This document shows, in pieces, positions 26,298 to 36,095 of a stretch of DNA of 61,264 bases; within the stretch, counting starts at the first letter, position 1; each line of letters begins with the position of its first letter. The DNA lies in assembly GCA_003555075.1 (NCBI GenBank), contig PWHW01000004.1:1-61264 (forward strand). The letters run 5' to 3'. The stretch is from Candidatus Nealsonbacteria bacterium (lineage in GTDB: Bacteria; Patescibacteriota; Minisyncoccia; Minisyncoccales; PWPS01). A program made the position numbers and the translations under genes. The notes below the pieces were generated by a model. The model was not told the origin of the DNA. It did not search any database and saw only the letters and a list, made by a program, of their open reading frames with translations.

Positions 26298-27146
26298 ATG
26301 AGCAAGAAAAAAGAAGAAATGAAACAAAAAATTAAGCTAATAATCATTGCTTTAATGGTGGTAGGAATGGCGCTTTCCGCCATTGCTCCTGCTTTTGCGG
26401 AGGAAAAGGAGAGGGTCGGGGATATCTCCGAAATGGATATGGAAGAAAGAATAAGAATAAAGGACAGGGAAACCGAAGAAAAGGAGATTAGGGTAGAGGC
26501 AAAAGAAATAAGAGAAGAGCTCAAGGATATATTGGAGACTGTAACCAAGGTTTCTCATGAAGAGAAAAGGGTGTATGCGGAGAGAGTCCCTCGAGGATTT
26601 TCCTTTGGTTACCAATTAAGAGAGGGGGCGCGAGGAGAAGTGATCAGGTATTTACAGATGGTCCTTAATCTTGATCCGAACACTGTTGTTTCTCAAAGTG
26701 GCGGAGGATCTCCGGGTAACGAAACCGAATATTTTGGTCCCGCCACTAGAAATGCATTGATGAGATTTCAAGGGGAACACGGTATTTCTCGTACCGGAAT
26801 ACTGGGTCCTCAGACCAGGCAAAAAATGAATGAGATACTAAACGATGGTCTGGTAATAAAAGAAGAGGTTGTAAGCGAAATAAGAGAAGATACAAGGGAA
26901 AGAGTGAGGGATTTGGTAAAAGAAGTAAGTGCCCTAAGAGAAAGAGTGGAGAATCTTGGCAATTTTGAAGACATCGATTCGAATGTTGTTCAAGAGTGCA
27001 GAGAGGATATCAAAGAAGCTCATGAGTATGCCCTTGGAAAAATGTGCACAGATCAATTCAAACAAATGACATGCGAAAATGTGGTTGTTTATGGAGCTCC
27101 GAATGGATGCGTCATATCCTTTCTTGAGGAAAGGGGATGGGAGTAA
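26298..27146 (+). CDS. Secreted peptidoglycan-binding domain protein
   Basis: Signal peptide; QLREGARGEVIRYLQMVLN..GSPGNETEYFGPATRNALMRFQ; C-terminal Cys triplet. Confidence 0.85.
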   Translation: MSKKKEEMKQKIKLIIIALMVVGMALSAIAPAFAEEKERVGDISEMDMEERIRIKDRETEEKEIRVEAKEIREELKDILETVTKVSHEEKRVYAERVPRGFSFGYQLREGARGEVIRYLQMVLNLDPNTVVSQSGGGSPGNETEYFGPATRNALMRFQGEHGISRTGILGPQTRQKMNEILNDGLVIKEEVVSEIREDTRERVRDLVKEVSALRERVENLGNFEDIDSNVVQECREDIKEAHEYALGKMCTDQFKQMTCENVVVYGAPNGCVISFLEERGWE

Positions 27147-27206
27147 CGGGATTTGAAAAAAATTCCAAAGTTGCTATTATTCCCAAATATTTTAAAGGAG
27201 GGGTAA

Positions 27207-27674
27207 GTGGTGGTTCATCATTTTTCCAAATTGGAAAGATTCTCGTTCTTTAGAAAAAAACCTGATACTTTCAAGGAAGCTTTTGTAAATGTTTTTGGGG
27301 AGGAGATAAGAGACGAAACAGATATATTTCGTCTTACAGGTGAATTTTGCGACATAAAATGGAAAAAACTTTGTAATGGCAGGATCATAAGAGCAAAAGA
27401 GATTCATGACTTGAGAGGAAATAATAAAACCGCATTAAAGACCAGTTATGAAAAACATCATTGGCCTCCGGTCAGTGTGGGTGGTATGGAAACCGTAAAA
27501 ATTCCAAAAGATTTCCATAAAGGGTGGCACATAATTTTTTTGAACTTATACAGAAAAGAAGATATTTATGTTTTTTTGGATAGAATGTTTTTACTTGATG
27601 AACTTGACAGTATCGGTGCTTTATATGAAGCAATCTATAATCTAAAGAAGGAGATGATGATAAGGGCCGATTAA
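27207..27674 (+). CDS. Hypothetical protein
   Basis: 155-aa ORF with an AAGGAGGGG RBS and a palindromic terminator at the stop. Confidence 0.7.
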   Translation: MVVHHFSKLERFSFFRKKPDTFKEAFVNVFGEEIRDETDIFRLTGEFCDIKWKKLCNGRIIRAKEIHDLRGNNKTALKTSYEKHHWPPVSVGGMETVKIPKDFHKGWHIIFLNLYRKEDIYVFLDRMFLLDELDSIGALYEAIYNLKKEMMIRAD

Positions 27675-27686
27675 TCGGCCCTTTTA
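27662..27686 (+). terminator. Intrinsic terminator
   Basis: Perfect palindrome AAGGGCCGATTAATCGGCCCTT followed by TT. Confidence 0.65.
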
Positions 27687-27809
27687 AGTTGATCAATTTA
27701 TTGGAAAAGGTGACTGTGACACCTTTTTGTGGTATAAAAAGAGGCAGTGAGCAAAAGATCACAAGAGGTATTGAATCAAATTAAGAAATTTTGACCCCAT
27801 ATAAATAAA

Positions 27810-28973
27810 ATGAGAGTAATGGCCTGTGCTTTGACATACCCTCTTCCGAATGGTGTTACGGTGTCCTTGGATATTTCTGCTGACGGAATCTTGGAAAGAG
27901 GACATGATATTAAGATAGTATCTCCCGATTATGAAAAGGGAAGAGTGAGGCCGGAGCATGAGCCGGTCCCTTCTTCGATTTTGGCAAACAAGGCCGCGGA
28001 AAGCCTTTTGGGGAGAAAAGAGAGAGTTTTTGGAGTAGGAGCGGGAAAAGAAATAAGGAAGATATCAAAAGAGTTCAATCCGGATCTCTATTGGCTTCAT
28101 ACAGTGACCTGGAGTTCAAACGCGTTTGAATCTCATATGTTAAGATCGAAAAAAGGAAAGATCCTTTTCTATCATACGTGGGTTGAAAAGTATGGCGAAC
28201 TGTATGCAGGTGATGCAGGAGCTTTTTTAATGAAAAAAAGAACAAAGCTTCTATGCAATAACATGGATGCTGTTATGGTACCCAGTGGCGTGGTCAAGGA
28301 AAAGTTGCTAGAGTATGGAGTAAGGACTCCTATGCATATTGTAAGAACGGGAGTGGAGCCTCCTAATGAATCCTTTAAAAGGGAGGACCTTGAGAAAAAA
28401 TTTGGTATTCCCAAAGAACAGAAGATTCTTCTTTATGTTGGAAGAATCTCCAAGGAGAAGAATCTCATGGTGCTTCTTGATACTTTGGAGTATTTAAGAG
28501 GCAAAAATGAAGAGGTCTCCTTGCTCCTTGTGGGTCCCGGAGATCTGGACAAGATGACGGAAGAGGCAAAAAAAAGAGGAGTTGAAAAGATGGTTTTTTG
28601 CACAGGTCCTTTGAAAAGAGAGGAGGTGAAAAAAATATATGGAGCGTGCGATGTTTTTGTTTTTCCGTCAAAAAGTGAAACGCAAGGAATAGTTCTGGAA
28701 GAAGCAATGGCCTCCGATATCCCGGTGGTAGCCCTTGATTCCCTAATAAGAAATGAGATTTATCCGGAAGGAAAGGCGTTGGTAGCGAAGGAGGACAGTA
28801 AATTCAAAGAGAAAGTGCTGGAGATCCTAAAGGATAAAGAAAAAAGGGAGGATATGGTCAGAGAGGCCAAGAAATTTGTACTTGATAATTTCAGTAAAGA
28901 GGAGATGGTAAAAAAACAGATGACCATTTTTGAAGAAGTATTAAAAAATAAACTAGAAAAAAATGAAGAATGA
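27810..28973 (+). CDS. GT4 glycosyltransferase (diacylglycerol glucosyltransferase-like)
   Basis: PNGVTVS, LLYVGRISKEKNL, FVFPSKSETQGIVLEEAMA. Confidence 0.88.
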   Translation: MRVMACALTYPLPNGVTVSLDISADGILERGHDIKIVSPDYEKGRVRPEHEPVPSSILANKAAESLLGRKERVFGVGAGKEIRKISKEFNPDLYWLHTVTWSSNAFESHMLRSKKGKILFYHTWVEKYGELYAGDAGAFLMKKRTKLLCNNMDAVMVPSGVVKEKLLEYGVRTPMHIVRTGVEPPNESFKREDLEKKFGIPKEQKILLYVGRISKEKNLMVLLDTLEYLRGKNEEVSLLLVGPGDLDKMTEEAKKRGVEKMVFCTGPLKREEVKKIYGACDVFVFPSKSETQGIVLEEAMASDIPVVALDSLIRNEIYPEGKALVAKEDSKFKEKVLEILKDKEKREDMVREAKKFVLDNFSKEEMVKKQMTIFEEVLKNKLEKNEE

Positions 28974-29928
28974 AATCTATGAACTTCCCGCTCAACTTGA
29001 GTTCCTCCCGAAAATAGAAAATGAGGACAAGTGGGGTAAGTTTGGTAATTATTTTTTGGCGGGAATGGGAGGTTCTCATCTTCAAGGCGGTATCTTGAAT
29101 TCGGTTCTTCCGGAGTTTCCCCTTTTAACCCACAAAGATTACGGATTACCTCCCTTGACCGGAAAGGATTCTGCTATTATAGCGGCTTCTTATTCCGGTA
29201 ATACCGAAGAAGTATTGGATGTCTTCAAAAAAGCTCTTTCTCGAAAAGTTCCCCTTATTGCAATATCCAGAGGGGGAAAATTACTTGAAATAGCAAAAGA
29301 AGAACGTGTTCCTTATATAAAACTGCCCAATAAAGATATTCAGCCGAGATTCGGAACGGGTTATAGTTTTAAAGCTCTTTTAAAGGCGCTGGGGCTTGAA
29401 AGGGAGCTTGATGAAGAGGTTAAGGAAGCGATAAATTCTCTGAAAGAAAAAAGAGATGACCTAATGAGCATGGGTAAGGAAAGATCATCTTTCTTGGAAG
29501 AGAAGATCCCTGTCATCTATGCCTCAAGTAAAAACAAGATAATAGCTACTTTTTTTAAGGTCAATTTCAATGAGACCACCAAGATACCTGCTTTTTTCAA
29601 TGTTGTTCCGGAATTGAACCATAATGAAATGAACGGTTATGATTTGATACCCGAAACAAGGAAAATAATAGAAGGAGTGGGTTTTGTTCTTATTTTTGAT
29701 AAGAATGATCACCCTCAGAACATAAGAAGAATGGAAGTTCTTGAAAGTATGCTAAAAGAGAGGGGTTTGAAGACGATAAGCTTTGATATGAGTGAAACTA
29801 ACCCGATAGAAAAGGTTTTCTCTTCTATTATCCTTTCCGGATCGCTTTCTTTTCATATGGCGGGAAGCTATGGCACTGATCCCGAAGGAGTGCCGATGGT
29901 AGAAGAATTCAAGAAGAAGATCAAGTAG
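28963..29928 (+). CDS. Bifunctional phosphoglucose/phosphomannose isomerase (SIS domains)
   Basis: GMGGSHL, SYSGNTEE, QPRFG, NETTKIPAF..PELNHNEMNG. Confidence 0.9.
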   Translation: MKNEIYELPAQLEFLPKIENEDKWGKFGNYFLAGMGGSHLQGGILNSVLPEFPLLTHKDYGLPPLTGKDSAIIAASYSGNTEEVLDVFKKALSRKVPLIAISRGGKLLEIAKEERVPYIKLPNKDIQPRFGTGYSFKALLKALGLERELDEEVKEAINSLKEKRDDLMSMGKERSSFLEEKIPVIYASSKNKIIATFFKVNFNETTKIPAFFNVVPELNHNEMNGYDLIPETRKIIEGVGFVLIFDKNDHPQNIRRMEVLESMLKERGLKTISFDMSETNPIEKVFSSIILSGSLSFHMAGSYGTDPEGVPMVEEFKKKIK

Positions 29929-29936
29929 CGAGGTAA

Positions 29937-30710
29937 ATGTTTTTCTATGATCTACATTGTCATACTTCTCAAGGATCCGCAGATGCTCCGGGTAGACTAA
30001 AAAGTATCGTTAGAATGGCCAAAAGAAGGGGTCTTGACGGGATTGCTGTAACTGACCACAATAAAGTTTACAAAGGTCCTATGCACATGGAAGGTGTTGA
30101 TATTATTCCGGGCGTTGAGGTTACTGTTGATGAAGGACAGCATTTACTGGGTTATTTCGTGGAAGGGGAAGTGGAAAGAGGAAGAAGTTTTAAGGAAACC
30201 GTTTCCGATATTCATCGGAAAGGAGGTTATGCGGTATGGGCTCATCCCTTGAGAAAAAGAGATCTCTTTGAGCAAAAGGGCGAAGAGATACTTTCTCTGA
30301 TTGATGGTATAGAATCGGGTAATGCTATGACTGATGAGATGGATAGAAGAAAACTTTCTTACGTCGGAGAGAGGTACGGACTTCTTCAAACTGCCGGTTC
30401 TGACGCGCACACTGAAGGACAGATAGGAATGGCAGTGATTGCGACCACTGAGAGGATTTCTCGGGATAATTTTACAGAGGTGATAAAAAAAGGATCCATT
30501 GTTGTAAGGGAAGAAGTTAAAGGTTTCAAAGAAAAGAATGACAAATGGAGAGAGGTGATGAAAAAATGCAAACCTTTCTTGGGAGCAACAAGGAGTCATT
30601 TCTTGAAAATGGTCTTTCATAGAGTGGTTGTTAGGAACTACTTGAGAATAAGCAATATCGGGCTAAAGAGAATAAATTTTAATCACAAAGAGGACTTCAA
30701 TGGAACATAA
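29937..30710 (+). CDS. PHP-domain metallophosphoesterase
   Basis: DLHCHT, IAVTDHN, AHP, AGSDAH. Confidence 0.88.
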   Translation: MFFYDLHCHTSQGSADAPGRLKSIVRMAKRRGLDGIAVTDHNKVYKGPMHMEGVDIIPGVEVTVDEGQHLLGYFVEGEVERGRSFKETVSDIHRKGGYAVWAHPLRKRDLFEQKGEEILSLIDGIESGNAMTDEMDRRKLSYVGERYGLLQTAGSDAHTEGQIGMAVIATTERISRDNFTEVIKKGSIVVREEVKGFKEKNDKWREVMKKCKPFLGATRSHFLKMVFHRVVVRNYLRISNIGLKRINFNHKEDFNGT

Positions 30711-31527
30711 AGAGGATCTAAAAAGGGCGATAAGGAATTTTCTTGATGTTCCCCGAAAGGCGAGGGCGGGAGATGAGAATGGAGATATAGAGAGAAAGTT
30801 GGGTGATTTTTTGGTGGAAAGAGAGCGCATAAAGGGAGTGGGAGAAAGGAGCGAGGATTGGGGGTTCGTATATTACAGTATTACTTGCAAAATATTTGTT
30901 TCTGAAAAAGAGATGCCTCACAATAAATGGGAGGACTGTATTTTTAAAATGGGCGTTAACACGGAAACGGGAGAGAGTCTTTTCCCCGAACCCGGAGCAG
31001 AGACCGACAAGTACCGTTTCTTGCATGAAGCAAATCATGCTTATCAAGATTATTTATGTTCCAAAGAAAGTCCCAAAGAACCCGCTTTGTTTTATCAGAA
31101 ATGCTTGAATAATGAGATAGTATCATCTTATGCAGACCTTTTTAGGTTTTGCTTTCGCAAGAGAAAAGAAGAGAAGATTAGCAACAAAGAAGGGAGTCCT
31201 GTTAAGGGCCTTTCTGTTTGGGGAAATGCTCCGAATTATAAGCACCAAGGAAATGAAGGCATTCCCAATGAGGATTCCGAGATAGCGATCAGGGCTCAAG
31301 AGGATGCAAATGAACTTGTTACCATGTTCTTGTGGCATCCCGAGTATTTCAATATGTATCTTGCTTATATTTCACTTGACCATGACAACTTCAAGGTAAG
31401 GGAGAAAGAGTTGACAAAAGAGGATCTCGAAAGAAAAGGGCTTATCAAACTATCAAAAGAAGAAGCTGCTCTATTAAAAAAAATGGTAGATTCTTACGTA
31501 AGGGAAATGAAAGAGGATCTGGGGTGA
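30700..31527 (+). CDS. Hypothetical protein with an HEXXH zincin motif
   Basis: FLHEANHAYQ and a downstream QEDANEL. Confidence 0.7.
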   Translation: MEHKEDLKRAIRNFLDVPRKARAGDENGDIERKLGDFLVERERIKGVGERSEDWGFVYYSITCKIFVSEKEMPHNKWEDCIFKMGVNTETGESLFPEPGAETDKYRFLHEANHAYQDYLCSKESPKEPALFYQKCLNNEIVSSYADLFRFCFRKRKEEKISNKEGSPVKGLSVWGNAPNYKHQGNEGIPNEDSEIAIRAQEDANELVTMFLWHPEYFNMYLAYISLDHDNFKVREKELTKEDLERKGLIKLSKEEAALLKKMVDSYVREMKEDLG

Positions 31528-31590
31528 TTTTGCCCGAAAGAGTAAATTATTGTATAATACTGTAATAAAAGCAAAAAAGGAGGGAGAAAA

Positions 31591-32040
31591 ATGGACAAGT
31601 GCAATGTTCTTTGCGAGAAATGTGAAAAAAATACTCCCTATCAAGAAAATGAGAAGAATAGGTGTGTTTTTTGTGGAAATGAGTTGTTGATAGACAGGGA
31701 GATAGAAAGTCTCGTGGTAGCTTTAAATAAAGTGGGCATTATCACTTTTGCGTCTTGTGCAGGAGTTCAGGATGGTTTTGATAGAGGACTCAGAAGTTAT
31801 CCCTGGGTAGCCGTTTTAAATGATGATAGGAATACGGAATCCGTGAAAAGGATCTTGGAAGGATATAATGAAAGAATCGGAAGGAGGGCAGACAAGGAAT
31901 GGGAAGTGGAGTTTCAAAAGACCACTATGGGGATTAGTTGGTTCATTGTTCCCAAGGGAAAGGAAAGAAGTATAGAAAAATTATGGAGAGAGGCGGACTT
32001 GCTCTCAAAATATATCCGTGAAAGCTATAAAGGAGCTTAA
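31591..32040 (+). CDS. Hypothetical protein with an N-terminal zinc ribbon
   Basis: CEKC...CVFC, then IESLVVALNKVGIITFASCAG; AAGGAGGG RBS. Confidence 0.75.
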   Translation: MDKCNVLCEKCEKNTPYQENEKNRCVFCGNELLIDREIESLVVALNKVGIITFASCAGVQDGFDRGLRSYPWVAVLNDDRNTESVKRILEGYNERIGRRADKEWEVEFQKTTMGISWFIVPKGKERSIEKLWREADLLSKYIRESYKGA

Positions 32041-32050
32041 AAGCTCCTTT
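32029..32050 (+). terminator. Intrinsic terminator
   Basis: AAAGGAGCTT-aa-AAGCTCCTTT. Confidence 0.65.
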
Positions 32051-32129
32051 TTTCTCTGATCATTTTAGTTGTTTTTTTGCCCAGTTGTAGTAGAATTGTT
32101 CCAGATATTCTCTTAATATCCCCCTAAAA

Positions 32130-32855
32130 ATGAGTTTTTTAAAAATAGTGCAAGGATTTTTACTTCCCAGTGCTTTTGTGGCCCTTTTCGTTATTATTGG
32201 GTTTATTTTGCTTCAAAAGAAAAAGAAGAAATGGGGTAAGGGGCTTATAATTGCCGGGTTACTTTCTTATTACCTTTTCTCTATCACGCCTGTAAGCGAC
32301 TTCATTCTAATGCCGCTTGAAGAAAAGTATAGTACATTAAAAAAAGAGGATATAGAGAAAGCCGACAAGGCTGTTTTGCTGCTTGGAGGAAGAGAGAGCA
32401 ATGTCCTCAGGGGAAATGAAGCACTCAGGATTTGGCACCTTTCCGGAGGTGAAATTGAGCTTATTATTTCAGGAGCCGATCCGCGAACAACCGTGCCGGA
32501 AGAAGCGAGAGCTTTGAGGAATTTTTTCATACATCGAGGAGTTGAAGCGGATGATATTACCATAGAAGGAGAGTCCAGGAACACGAGAGAAAACGTTTTA
32601 AAGATAAAGGAAATGGTGGGGGAGGAGCCATTCTTTCTGGTTACTTCCGGTTATCATATGGAGCGATCAATGAGAGAGTTTAGAAGAATTGATGCAAACC
32701 CCATTCCTGCTCCTACTGACTTTAAACGAAGAAGAAATGCAGAGTACGGTTTTCTTGATTTTGTGCCTGACGCGCAAAATCTCAGAAACTCCGACCTTGC
32801 TTTTCATGAGCATATTGGCACCTTCTATTATCGATTGATTTTTCTTTTAAGGTGA
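32130..32855 (+). CDS. YdcF/ElyC/SanA (DUF218) family membrane protein
   Basis: Two N-terminal TM helices; IISG, EA..LR, ESRNTREN, LVTSGYHM.RS. Confidence 0.88.
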   Translation: MSFLKIVQGFLLPSAFVALFVIIGFILLQKKKKKWGKGLIIAGLLSYYLFSITPVSDFILMPLEEKYSTLKKEDIEKADKAVLLLGGRESNVLRGNEALRIWHLSGGEIELIISGADPRTTVPEEARALRNFFIHRGVEADDITIEGESRNTRENVLKIKEMVGEEPFFLVTSGYHMERSMREFRRIDANPIPAPTDFKRRRNAEYGFLDFVPDAQNLRNSDLAFHEHIGTFYYRLIFLLR

Positions 32856-32876
32856 GAAGGATTATAATAAAAGGAT

Positions 32877-34556
32877 ATGAGAAAACTACACAAAGTTCTT
32901 CCTTTTGCTTTTGCAATCCTCTTTGTCCCGCTTTTTGTCGGAGCTGTTTCCATAGGGGAGGAGGAGAGGTTCTTTATAGAATCTTCCTATGATCGGCAAG
33001 AAAGAGAAAGTATTACCGCCAGTCTTCGGGTAGTAACCGACGACATTCAATTTTATATTGAGAGCGACTGGTGGGAGGATCTTTCCGAGAACGAAAGAGA
33101 GGGCCGTGAAAAAATACTTTACAATCTGGGGAAAAAATTCAAGGAAGAGATTCATCCGGAAGTTTCCGAGAGCTACGGTGATATCCCGGACAACGAGATA
33201 ACAGGAGAGGATCATATCGTTGTTCTTTTTCATTCCATGAAAAGGGATGCGGGTGGATATTTCAGAACGGGAGATCAGTATTCCCGTTTTCAGTACTCTC
33301 GTTCCAATGAAGGAAATATACTGTATCTGAACGCTGATTTTATGAACGATCCCAATATATCGGGCTATTTGGCTCATGAATATATTCATCTTATAACTTT
33401 CAATGAAAAAAATAGGGAGCATGGAGTAAGTGAAGAGGTTTGGCTCAATGAGCTTCGCGCAGAAATGATAATTTCTCTTTTGGGTTACAATGATGATTAT
33501 GAAGGAAGTAATTTGGAGATGAGAGTGAGAAATTTTCTTCGTGATCCCGATTTTTCTCTAACGGAGTGGACCGAGCAGGCGGCTGATTACGGGATTGTCA
33601 ATCTATTCGGGCATTACTTGGTAGAACAACACGGGGAAGAGATTCTCTATGATTCGCTAAGATCCCGGCTTGTGGGAATTCCCAGCATTTCTTATGCCCT
33701 CGACAAGAACGATGAGGAAAGAACATTCTCCGAAGTGTTCACTGATTGGACAATAGCGGTATATCTAAATGATTGTTCTTACGGGGAGGAATATTGCTAT
33801 AAAAATGAACACCTTAAAGATGTAAACGTTTCTCCTTCCACTGTTTTTGTTCCTTCGGGAAGAAACGAAGAGATTCGTGTGGAATACAAAACAAAGAATT
33901 GGGCTGGTAATTGGCAAAAAATAATAGGCGGAGAGGGAACATTTCATTTGAATTTTAAGTCTCGCAGCGGTTTTGTGGTTCCTTATGTCATTTGCAAGGA
34001 GGACGGAGATTGTGAAATTGAATTTATGGAGCTTAATGAGGAAGGGGGTGGAAAGCTGAAAATAGAGGACTTCAGTTCCAGATATGAATCAATTACTCTC
34101 ATACCATCTCTTCAGGAAAAGTCAGAGGGATTCAACGGTCCCGAGAGAAGCTTTGCATTCAAGTGGGAGGCTTGGATAGAGAAAGAGCTGTCTCCGGAAG
34201 AGAGGCAAAAAATAAGGGATAAGCTGAGTGAATTACGAGAAAGACTGGAAAGCCTCATCAAAACTCTTAAAGAGATCAAGAGGGGAAGCGGTAATGTTTT
34301 TAAAAGAGATCTTCATTATGGCATGACGGACTCAAAGGACGTGGAACGTCTGCAAGATTTCTTGAAAAGAAAGGAAGGTAATATCTATCCGGAAGGGTTT
34401 GTGACCGGAAATTTTTACGACCTCACAAAAGAAGCAGTCATTCGTTTTCAAGAAAAGTATAAAGAGGATATATTGGTTCCCCACGGACTCAAGAGGGGGA
34501 CGGGTTATGTAGGAGAGCTTACGAGAAGAAAGTTAAACGAACTCATTGAAAAATAA
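32877..34556 (+). CDS. Secreted zinc metallopeptidase (M30-like) with a C-terminal peptidoglycan-binding domain
   Basis: LAHEYIHLI...WLNELRAE; C-terminal DVERLQDFL..TGNFYDLTKEAVIRFQ. Confidence 0.8.
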   Translation: MRKLHKVLPFAFAILFVPLFVGAVSIGEEERFFIESSYDRQERESITASLRVVTDDIQFYIESDWWEDLSENEREGREKILYNLGKKFKEEIHPEVSESYGDIPDNEITGEDHIVVLFHSMKRDAGGYFRTGDQYSRFQYSRSNEGNILYLNADFMNDPNISGYLAHEYIHLITFNEKNREHGVSEEVWLNELRAEMIISLLGYNDDYEGSNLEMRVRNFLRDPDFSLTEWTEQAADYGIVNLFGHYLVEQHGEEILYDSLRSRLVGIPSISYALDKNDEERTFSEVFTDWTIAVYLNDCSYGEEYCYKNEHLKDVNVSPSTVFVPSGRNEEIRVEYKTKNWAGNWQKIIGGEGTFHLNFKSRSGFVVPYVICKEDGDCEIEFMELNEEGGGKLKIEDFSSRYESITLIPSLQEKSEGFNGPERSFAFKWEAWIEKELSPEERQKIRDKLSELRERLESLIKTLKEIKRGSGNVFKRDLHYGMTDSKDVERLQDFLKRKEGNIYPEGFVTGNFYDLTKEAVIRFQEKYKEDILVPHGLKRGTGYVGELTRRKLNELIEK

Positions 34557-34558
34557 AA

Positions 34559-35590
34559 ATGAAAGCTTTTATCAAAATCGTAATAGCTTTTTTGGTGGCG
34601 CTTGTCATTCTTGCCATAACGGTAGAAAGGGCAGGAATTGAAACTCTCGAGATCGCGGGAAGTATTATTTTCAGTTATCAAGGATTATTGCTTTTTCTTT
34701 TAACAGCGGGAATATGTCTTGTTTCCATCTTAAGATGGAGGAACGTAATGAGAGTTCAGAGTGGCAAGAAGACGTCCCTAAAAGAGACGGGAAAGATATG
34801 GCTTACGGGGTATGCGGCTGATCATGCTACTCCTGTGGAGTTCTTGGGAGGAGGACCCATAAGGATCTTCCTTGCCAGGAAAAAACTAAATGTTACTTAT
34901 GGGGATGCTATTGCTTCCATCATAGTGGATAAGGTTGTTGATGCCACCTTTTTTGCCTCCTTTCTCGTGGGAGGTGTTTTTACATTCTTTATGCTTGGAA
35001 ACGAGTTAAGCTTGATATATATTATTTCCGGAATTCTGATCCTGAGCTTGGTAGTTCTTCTTCTTGCTTATTTTTATATGCGTGTTCTGGACAATAGGAG
35101 CGTTTTTTTGTGGGTCTTTAAGAGGTTTGCAGGAAAGAAATATGAGAACAGTAAGAGTGAAAAGTTAATAGAAGAAGTTGAGAAGAAGATAAAAATATTT
35201 TTCAGTAATAAGAAAGAGGTCGTAAAAACCTTTTTTTACAGTCTGACAAGAGAGCTCTTGAGATGGGGAAGGGTGCTTTTGATCATTTTCATTTTAATAG
35301 GTGCTTGCGAGATAGAGAAAGGATTGGCTGTTTACGGACTGGCAAATCTTTCTATGATACTTCCTGTTCCGGCGGGAATAGGAACTCTTGAGGCAATATC
35401 GGGGTATGCTTTTCATTCCTTCAATTGGGGGTTTGATATGGGAACAACCTTGGCTTTGGTTTGGCACGGCGTGGTGTTTGTCGTTGTACTTCTTGGAGCT
35501 TTTTTGGGCGTGAGATTTGCCGTAGAGCTTGTTCCTGAAAGGGTTGAGGATGCCCTGGACAAGATAATTGGGAAGCGTAATCGGGAGTAA
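34559..35590 (+). CDS. Lysylphosphatidylglycerol synthase TM-domain (flippase-like) protein
   Basis: LRWRNV, TPVEFLGG, DKVVD, PVPAGIGTLE; multi-TM. Confidence 0.85.
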   Translation: MKAFIKIVIAFLVALVILAITVERAGIETLEIAGSIIFSYQGLLLFLLTAGICLVSILRWRNVMRVQSGKKTSLKETGKIWLTGYAADHATPVEFLGGGPIRIFLARKKLNVTYGDAIASIIVDKVVDATFFASFLVGGVFTFFMLGNELSLIYIISGILILSLVVLLLAYFYMRVLDNRSVFLWVFKRFAGKKYENSKSEKLIEEVEKKIKIFFSNKKEVVKTFFYSLTRELLRWGRVLLIIFILIGACEIEKGLAVYGLANLSMILPVPAGIGTLEAISGYAFHSFNWGFDMGTTLALVWHGVVFVVVLLGAFLGVRFAVELVPERVEDALDKIIGKRNRE

Positions 35591-35699
35591 AGGGTTGTAA
35601 TATCGTGTTTGCTATTGCATAATTTTACAATTATGGTGTATAATGCCGGCAGGTATTATAAATAAGGTCGATTAAAAATATTTAAATTAAAAATTGATC

Positions 35700-35972
35700 A
35701 TGAATAAAAGCGAACTTGTAGAAAAAATCGCCCAAAAAGCTGACATCAGCAAAGAAAGGGCGAAGCAAGCGCTTGATGCTACAATGGATTCCATTACTTC
35801 TTCTTTGAAGAAGAAGGAATCTGTTACCCTTCCGGGATTTGGCACTTTTGATGTGTCAAAGAGAAAAGCTCGTGAAGGAAGGAATCCTGCGACAGGGGAA
35901 AAGATCAAGATCCCTGCCACCAAGGTTCCCAAATTCAAGCCTGGCAAGGGACTCAAAGACGCCGTAAAATAA
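35700..35972 (+). CDS. hup: Histone-like DNA-binding protein HU
   Basis: [42 protein letters not shown]. Confidence 0.97.
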   Translation: MNKSELVEKIAQKADISKERAKQALDATMDSITSSLKKKESVTLPGFGTFDVSKRKAREGRNPATGEKIKIPATKVPKFKPGKGLKDAVK

Positions 35973-35994
35973 AAAACGGCATTTTTCCATAAAG

Positions 35995-36022
35995 AAGGAG
36001 GCGGCATCAAGGCCGCCTCCTT
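35995..36022 (+). terminator. Intrinsic terminator
   Basis: AAGGAGGCGGC-atcaag-GCCGCCTCCTT. Confidence 0.75.
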
Positions 36023-36095
36023 TGGTTTTATAATTGACAATATGTGTTTTTAAGAGTAAACTTCTTCTCCAAAACAAAAAAGGGAGGGATGTACC

